Virus record (IMG/VR): IMGVR_UViG_3300034147_000039
Span: 1-59,569 of that record
Source: a virus
Taxonomy: Duplodnaviria > Caudoviricetes
Strand: one strand, 5' to 3'
Length of the DNA stretch: 59,569 nt
Positions 54,209-59,569 of the stretch are shown here, piece after piece (the first letter of the stretch is position 1; each line of letters opens with the position of its first letter). Under the pieces are notes generated by a model. That model was not told the origin of the DNA and did no database searches. It saw only the letters and a list, made by a program, of their open reading frames with translations. The position numbers were made by a program, and so were the translations under genes.

Positions 54209-57200
54209 TAGCATAGACGATCGTATTGTAGCGATGTCGTTTGATAATCAACGATTCGAAGAACGAATTGCAGCAACAATAGCTAGTTTGGACAGGCTAC
54301 AAAGAAGTCTCGATTTCACTAGTGCGCAAACTCGTTTTGCTGATAACACAGCAGCAATGATAGCTAGTATGGACAAGCTACGAGCTAGTCTCGATTTTAC
54401 TAGTGCACAGACCCAGTTTGCTGGTTCTATGGCAGCAACGATGGGTAGTTTGGCTAAATTGCACACCAGTCTTGATTTCTCCCAATCAAAGAAGGGTTTT
54501 GAGCAAGTTGCAGCAGCAGCCAGTCGTGTTAATCTTGCTGGTATTGCCTCAGCAGTAGATGGTATTGCTAGTAAATTCTCGGCGATGGGTGCAATCGCTT
54601 TTACAGTGTTGCAAAATGTTGTCAATAAAGCAATTGATGCGGGCGCACGTATTGCAAGTTCGTTGTCTCTAAATCTTGTAATTGAGGGTTTCAAAGAGTA
54701 CGAAACCAACATGAACTCAATTCAGACGATTATGTCGAATACTCGAGCAGATGCTACGACATTGCAAGATGTCAATAAGGCACTTGATCAGTTGAATGAA
54801 TATTCTGACCAAACGATTTACAACTTTGGTGAAATGGCCAGGAATATTGGTACATTCACTGCGGCGGGTATCGATCTGGAAACATCAGTATCGGGAATTA
54901 AGGGTATTGCGAACCTGGCTGCTATATCTGGGTCAAACTCGCAACAAGCGTCTACGGCGATGTATCAGCTTTCGCAAGCACTTGCTTCCGGTAGTGTCAA
55001 GTTGATGGACTGGAACTCCATTGTCAACGCTGGAATGGGCGGCGAGGTCTTCCAGAAGGCATTGTTCGAAACAGGTAAAGCACTAGGTACAATTGCTGAT
55101 ACTCCGATCGATCAATCATTTGAAGCGTGGAAAGAAGCGGGTAACACTTTCCGTGGTTCTCTTGAGACTGGGTGGATCACAGCAGAAGTTCTGACTAATA
55201 CTCTGGCAGGTTTCACGGGAGACCTTACAGAGGCGCAGATTCTTTCAATGGGGTACACGCAAGAACAAACTGCAGCGATTTTGGAAATGGGTCAAGTTGG
55301 TAAGGACGCGGCGACAAAGGTCAAGACTCTTACTCAGCTTATTAGTACCGTAAAAGAAAGTATCGGATCTGGATGGTCAGCGTCCTTCCGACTTATATTT
55401 GGTGACTTCGAAGAGGCGAGTAAGTTATTTACTAACATTAACAATACTCTTGGTAAATTCATTGGGACCTCTTCAGATGCTCGTAATGAAATACTCAAGA
55501 CTTGGCACGATTTCGGTGGTCGTGACGCGTTAATTGAAGCGTTGACGAATGCATTTGATGGCTTGATGTCGATTCTCAGGCCGATTCGAGATGCGTTCCA
55601 AGACATATTCCCGCCGATGACAGCCGAGAGACTTCTTATATTGACTGATCGGTTCCGGACATTTACTGAGGGCCTAAAGCTTGTTCCGGCACAAGTTGTG
55701 GCTGTAAGGAACATATTTAAGGGAGTATTCTCTGCTTTCCGCATTGGGATCGAAGTGGTTAAGGAAATTTTCGGTGTATTTGGTCATATCTTTGGTCTAT
55801 TCCAAGCGGCAGGCCCAAGCGAGGGTTTTCTTAAGTGGGCTGGTGGAGTAGGTAAAGCAGTTACTGAGCTTTCAGAATCATTGATTGAAGGTGGCGGGAT
55901 TGCGAAGTTCTTTGATACGATTAAGGATGTTATTGATTCGTTTGCATCTGGTGTGCAAGGAAAGTTTACCACATCAACAGACAAGGTTCTTGAGATAGCT
56001 AATAAGCTTGGTCTTGTCTTTAGTGATCTTAGAGATAAGATAAAGGCTTTCGTTTCTGGCGGTGTTGAAAATGCCAAAGATGTTCTCGAAGAAATTGGTG
56101 AAAAATTAGATATTGTGGGTCGTATTGGTCGAAAATTAGGAGATGTCTGGGACTTCATTAAAGCTGGCTTAGTTCGTCTAATGGATGTCTTTGGTGCTTT
56201 CGGATCCTTCGTCTTGGAAGCGTTAGGCGATCTTCCTCAGGAACTTGCGAACATATTTGGCACTGCCGATTATAGTCAGGCGTTGGACGCAGTTAATACC
56301 GGTCTCTTCGCTGGTTTAGTTCTTATATTTAGAGGATTCCTCAAAGAGTTTCAAGGTGATGTTGGTGGAGTCTTCACGAGTCTTTCCGATGCGCTTAAGG
56401 AACTGACAGGTGTTCTTTCGGCTATGCAAACGAATATCAAGGCGGACGCAATACTTAAGATCGCGATTGCTTTGGGTATATTAGTGGCCGCAATGGTCGT
56501 GTTGTCTTTCCTGGATGCAGGGGCGCTCACAAGATCGTTGGCTGCAATGGCTGGTGGTCTTGGTGAGCTTATAGGAATGATAGCATTTCTTACTTTGATT
56601 ACGACCGGACCAATGGGTGCGGCAAAATTAGCATTACTTACCGGTAGCTTAATTCTCTTGTCTGTAGCAGTGCTTCTCTTATCGGTTGCCATGCAGAATT
56701 TGAGTACGTTGGATTGGGAAGAGATCGCAAAGGGCTTAACTGCTGTCGGTGGTCTGCTTCTAATGTTAACCGTGGCAATCGGTCCTCTTAGTGAAAACAG
56801 CGGAGGAATGATTAGAGCTGGCCTCGGTCTTATAGTAATTGGCATAGGATTGAACATCTTGGCTTTGGCTATGAAGTCCTTTGCTGAGATGGAATGGGAG
56901 GCTATGGGGCAGGGCCTTACGGGTGTTTATGGTGGGTTAATGGCAATTGGTATTGCTGTAAGTGCAATGCCAAACAATTTGGTTTTAACTGGAGTTGGAC
57001 TTATTGCGATTGCCATAGCTTTGAATATTTTGGCTTTGGCGTTGAAGTCGTTTGCTGAGATGAGTTGGGCCGAAATGGGGAAGGGTATGGCCGCAATGGC
57101 CACGTCTCTTCTTATTCTTGCTGGAGCAATGTATTTGCTTCCAAATGGTGCACTATTGGCGCTTCAAGGTGCTGGACTACTTGCCATAGGCATAGGGCTT

Positions 57201-58967
57201 GTGGCAATGGCCACGGCGATACAGATGCTGGGTAGTATGTCTTGGGAGAATATGATTAAGGGTCTTTATGGAATAGCAGGTGTACTTATTATTCTTGCTG
57301 GAGCCGCTTTCCTTATGCAAGGCTCTCTTGCTGGGGCAGCAGCAATGGTAATCATGGGACTTGCGTTGAAGTTGTTGGCACAGGGAATTAAGGCGTTTGC
57401 TGGCATACCTTGGGCCGACATGTTTAAGGGTTTGGCTGGAGTGCTCCTTATGTTGGGTACTCTTGCTCTTGGAGCTATGGCTATACAGGTGGCTATTCCT
57501 GCTATTTTGGCGCTTGGTGGTGCGTTACTTCTAGTTGGTGCAGGATTTGCATTATTTGGTTATGGTGCTGTGATGGTAGCCACCGCATTCTCGATTATTG
57601 CTACGGCTGGGACTCAAGGTATTGCTGTACTTGTTGATGCTCTTGCTGTTCTAATTGATGTGATGCCAGAAATTATCGGTTCCTTTGGGCAAGGTCTACT
57701 AACTTTGGCGCAAATGATTGTAGATGCGCTACCGGCGATTGTCGCAGGACTTGACGAGGTTATAAAAGCGCTTCTTGATTTGCTCATCGCAAACATTCCT
57801 AAACTAGGGGAAGCGGTTCTATTATTCATTCTGGAAATATTAAATGTTATCGCAGAAGCATCGCCAGTACTCATTGAGACTGGTCTTGGAATTCTTCTCG
57901 ATTTGCTCCGGGGGATTCGTGACAATATCGGCGAAGTTGTCACTACAGCACTGCAGATTGTTACTGAATTCTTAACTGCCATCGCTGGAATGTTGCCAAC
58001 AATTATAGGCGCAGGCCTTGAAATTCTAGTTTCTCTTTTGGAAGGAATAGCGCAAGATTTAGCTTCAGTAATTACTGCCGCAGCCACAATCATTGCGGAG
58101 TTTATTAAGGGAATCGGTGAAGGAGCGCAGGCCATCATCATTGCTGGCGGCGAAATGATTGCCGACATTATTTCCGGTATTGGTACAGCAATTGAGGACA
58201 TTGTCGAGGCCGGAGCAGAAGCAGTCGCCTCCTTCATCAGTGGTATCGACGACAATATCATGCTCGTTATCGATGCTGGTTGGGACATGGTCATTGATTT
58301 GATCAATGGTATTTCCGATAGTATTGATGAGAATGCGCCTCAGTTGAGAGAGGCTGGACTTAGATTGGCTGGTTCGATTATTGATGGAATGACGTTTGGT
58401 TTGGCCAGTAAAGCAGGAGGCGTCATTGGAGCAGTTGGCGATCTAGGTGGGGGCATTATTGGTGGAATTAGAGGGTTGGTTGGTGCTAATTCACCAGCGA
58501 CAGTCTTCATCGATATTGGTCATGATATTATCGATGGTCTTGCTATCGGTCTTAATGATGCTGATCCAGCGACAGATAGTGCCGATAGACTAGGCAATCG
58601 AGTCATTAATAATCTGCAAAGAACATTGAGTACGATTCCATATCTTATTGAAAACATGGAAGAATTTACTCCGACGATCACTCCGGTTCTCGATTTGACA
58701 AAGGTTGAGGCTGAAGCCCGTAAGCTTAGTACTATTATGGGTGTTACACCAATGATTGCAAGAGCGTCATTTGAACAGGCCGAAATAGTGGCTACAACAA
58801 CGACCCCTCCTCAAGAAGAAGTTCTCACAGACACGAGAGCGCAACAGCCGACCGAGATCAAGTTCGAGCAGCACAATTACTCCCCAGAGGCGTTGTCCAC
58901 TGCGGATATTTACAGACAAACTCGTAACTTGATTACGATTTCGAAGGAGGAACTGAAAGTCTTATGA
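54201..58967 (+). CDS. Tape measure protein
   Basis: 1588 aa, Ala/Gly/Leu helical repeats, tape-measure N-domain, 'SP..VF..IG....GL..G'. Confidence 0.95.
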   Translation: MPSSIDDRIVAMSFDNQRFEERIAATIASLDRLQRSLDFTSAQTRFADNTAAMIASMDKLRASLDFTSAQTQFAGSMAATMGSLAKLHTSLDFSQSKKGFEQVAAAASRVNLAGIASAVDGIASKFSAMGAIAFTVLQNVVNKAIDAGARIASSLSLNLVIEGFKEYETNMNSIQTIMSNTRADATTLQDVNKALDQLNEYSDQTIYNFGEMARNIGTFTAAGIDLETSVSGIKGIANLAAISGSNSQQASTAMYQLSQALASGSVKLMDWNSIVNAGMGGEVFQKALFETGKALGTIADTPIDQSFEAWKEAGNTFRGSLETGWITAEVLTNTLAGFTGDLTEAQILSMGYTQEQTAAILEMGQVGKDAATKVKTLTQLISTVKESIGSGWSASFRLIFGDFEEASKLFTNINNTLGKFIGTSSDARNEILKTWHDFGGRDALIEALTNAFDGLMSILRPIRDAFQDIFPPMTAERLLILTDRFRTFTEGLKLVPAQVVAVRNIFKGVFSAFRIGIEVVKEIFGVFGHIFGLFQAAGPSEGFLKWAGGVGKAVTELSESLIEGGGIAKFFDTIKDVIDSFASGVQGKFTTSTDKVLEIANKLGLVFSDLRDKIKAFVSGGVENAKDVLEEIGEKLDIVGRIGRKLGDVWDFIKAGLVRLMDVFGAFGSFVLEALGDLPQELANIFGTADYSQALDAVNTGLFAGLVLIFRGFLKEFQGDVGGVFTSLSDALKELTGVLSAMQTNIKADAILKIAIALGILVAAMVVLSFLDAGALTRSLAAMAGGLGELIGMIAFLTLITTGPMGAAKLALLTGSLILLSVAVLLLSVAMQNLSTLDWEEIAKGLTAVGGLLLMLTVAIGPLSENSGGMIRAGLGLIVIGIGLNILALAMKSFAEMEWEAMGQGLTGVYGGLMAIGIAVSAMPNNLVLTGVGLIAIAIALNILALALKSFAEMSWAEMGKGMAAMATSLLILAGAMYLLPNGALLALQGAGLLAIGIGLVAMATAIQMLGSMSWENMIKGLYGIAGVLIILAGAAFLMQGSLAGAAAMVIMGLALKLLAQGIKAFAGIPWADMFKGLAGVLLMLGTLALGAMAIQVAIPAILALGGALLLVGAGFALFGYGAVMVATAFSIIATAGTQGIAVLVDALAVLIDVMPEIIGSFGQGLLTLAQMIVDALPAIVAGLDEVIKALLDLLIANIPKLGEAVLLFILEILNVIAEASPVLIETGLGILLDLLRGIRDNIGEVVTTALQIVTEFLTAIAGMLPTIIGAGLEILVSLLEGIAQDLASVITAAATIIAEFIKGIGEGAQAIIIAGGEMIADIISGIGTAIEDIVEAGAEAVASFISGIDDNIMLVIDAGWDMVIDLINGISDSIDENAPQLREAGLRLAGSIIDGMTFGLASKAGGVIGAVGDLGGGIIGGIRGLVGANSPATVFIDIGHDIIDGLAIGLNDADPATDSADRLGNRVINNLQRTLSTIPYLIENMEEFTPTITPVLDLTKVEAEARKLSTIMGVTPMIARASFEQAEIVATTTTPPQEEVLTDTRAQQPTEIKFEQHNYSPEALSTADIYRQTRNLITISKEELKVL

Positions 58968-59569
58968 TTCTTACAAAGATTCGCCTTCTCGAACAGTACC
59001 CAATGTCAACATATCACTTTGCGTGGCCCCCACCTGATGAAATTGTTTCATGGCCACTACCAACTATTGATTTGGACCTAGATGTTAATGCTGGGTGGAA
59101 TGGGTATATATTTCAAGGAGCTGTCGGTCTAGATCCTCCGGATTTCTCCGCAATTGTCGTTGGATTCGATTCTAATGGTGTTCCTATTAAAGATACCGCT
59201 TTGGCAAAGCGAGACATTGTTTTGAAGATTGCTTTGAGTCCAAATCTCGGTCAATCTTATAGTCAGTTACGTGACGCCATTTATCGTTTGGTTAATAGAT
59301 CAATTCTTGTTCAATTAATGAATGGTGCTGATGTTACAGCTCAGGTAACTGGATTTGTCAAAAGTCTAGAAGCTACGCATTTTACTAATAGTCCAGAAGT
59401 AGTATTGACAATTGAGTGTGACGAAAGTTGGTTCTCTGGTCCAGAAGAGATCCAAGTACCATATTTCACAATAAACGACACTGATCAGCCGATCATTAAC
59501 TATACTGTTGGAACTGCTCCGACTGGAATTACATTGAAATTTAATGTGGTATCTTCATCACCCACTGGG
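58964..59569 (+). CDS. Distal-tail-like minor tail protein, 5' part
   Basis: ATGA overlap with TMP stop; open to window end; 'GLDPP' motif. Confidence 0.75.
   Translation, partial: MILTKIRLLEQYPMSTYHFAWPPPDEIVSWPLPTIDLDLDVNAGWNGYIFQGAVGLDPPDFSAIVVGFDSNGVPIKDTALAKRDIVLKIALSPNLGQSYSQLRDAIYRLVNRSILVQLMNGADVTAQVTGFVKSLEATHFTNSPEVVLTIECDESWFSGPEEIQVPYFTINDTDQPIINYTVGTAPTGITLKFNVVSSSPTG

Overview
The window is essentially one complete, circularly assembled genome of a lytic siphovirus (about 59.4 kb). The first and last 127 bp are identical. All credible genes are on the + strand, and I found no integrase, repressor or tRNA. A Tat signal, an LPXTG protein, lipoproteins and an amidase endolysin point to an actinobacterial host. 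Gene content resembles, from memory and unverified, the actinophage group that has a capsid-protease fusion and a fused primase-polymerase (clusters AU/AM/BI/CC/DJ-like). Gene order from the probable cos site (~38,380): HNH, endolysin, terminase, portal, protease-capsid fusion, two major-tail paralogs, fibres, tape measure, minor tail, holin, then ~27 kb of early/accessory genes. These include an SF3 helicase-primase-PolB fusion, SSB, SF2 helicase, an origin-like inverted-repeat region, nucleases and an 884-aa protein. The most striking signal is a candidate self-contained transcription system. (i) The 884-aa protein carries the motif set of YonO/cellular-RdRP-type double-psi-beta-barrel RNA polymerases, including DFDGD, plus HTHs and an N-terminal 'LAHYG' tag shared with head-module proteins. 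(ii) Twelve copies of a fixed-spacing motif TCGCA-N6-ACA-N4-A-TATAAT head promoter-payload-terminator cassettes whose payload is a small ORF, a structured small RNA, or nothing. (iii) A second motif, GTCAAAATGGGAG, occurs in the structural region. (iv) Several highly base-paired intergenic RNA candidates lie at 25-29 kb. All calls are by eye; no searches or folding programs were run.
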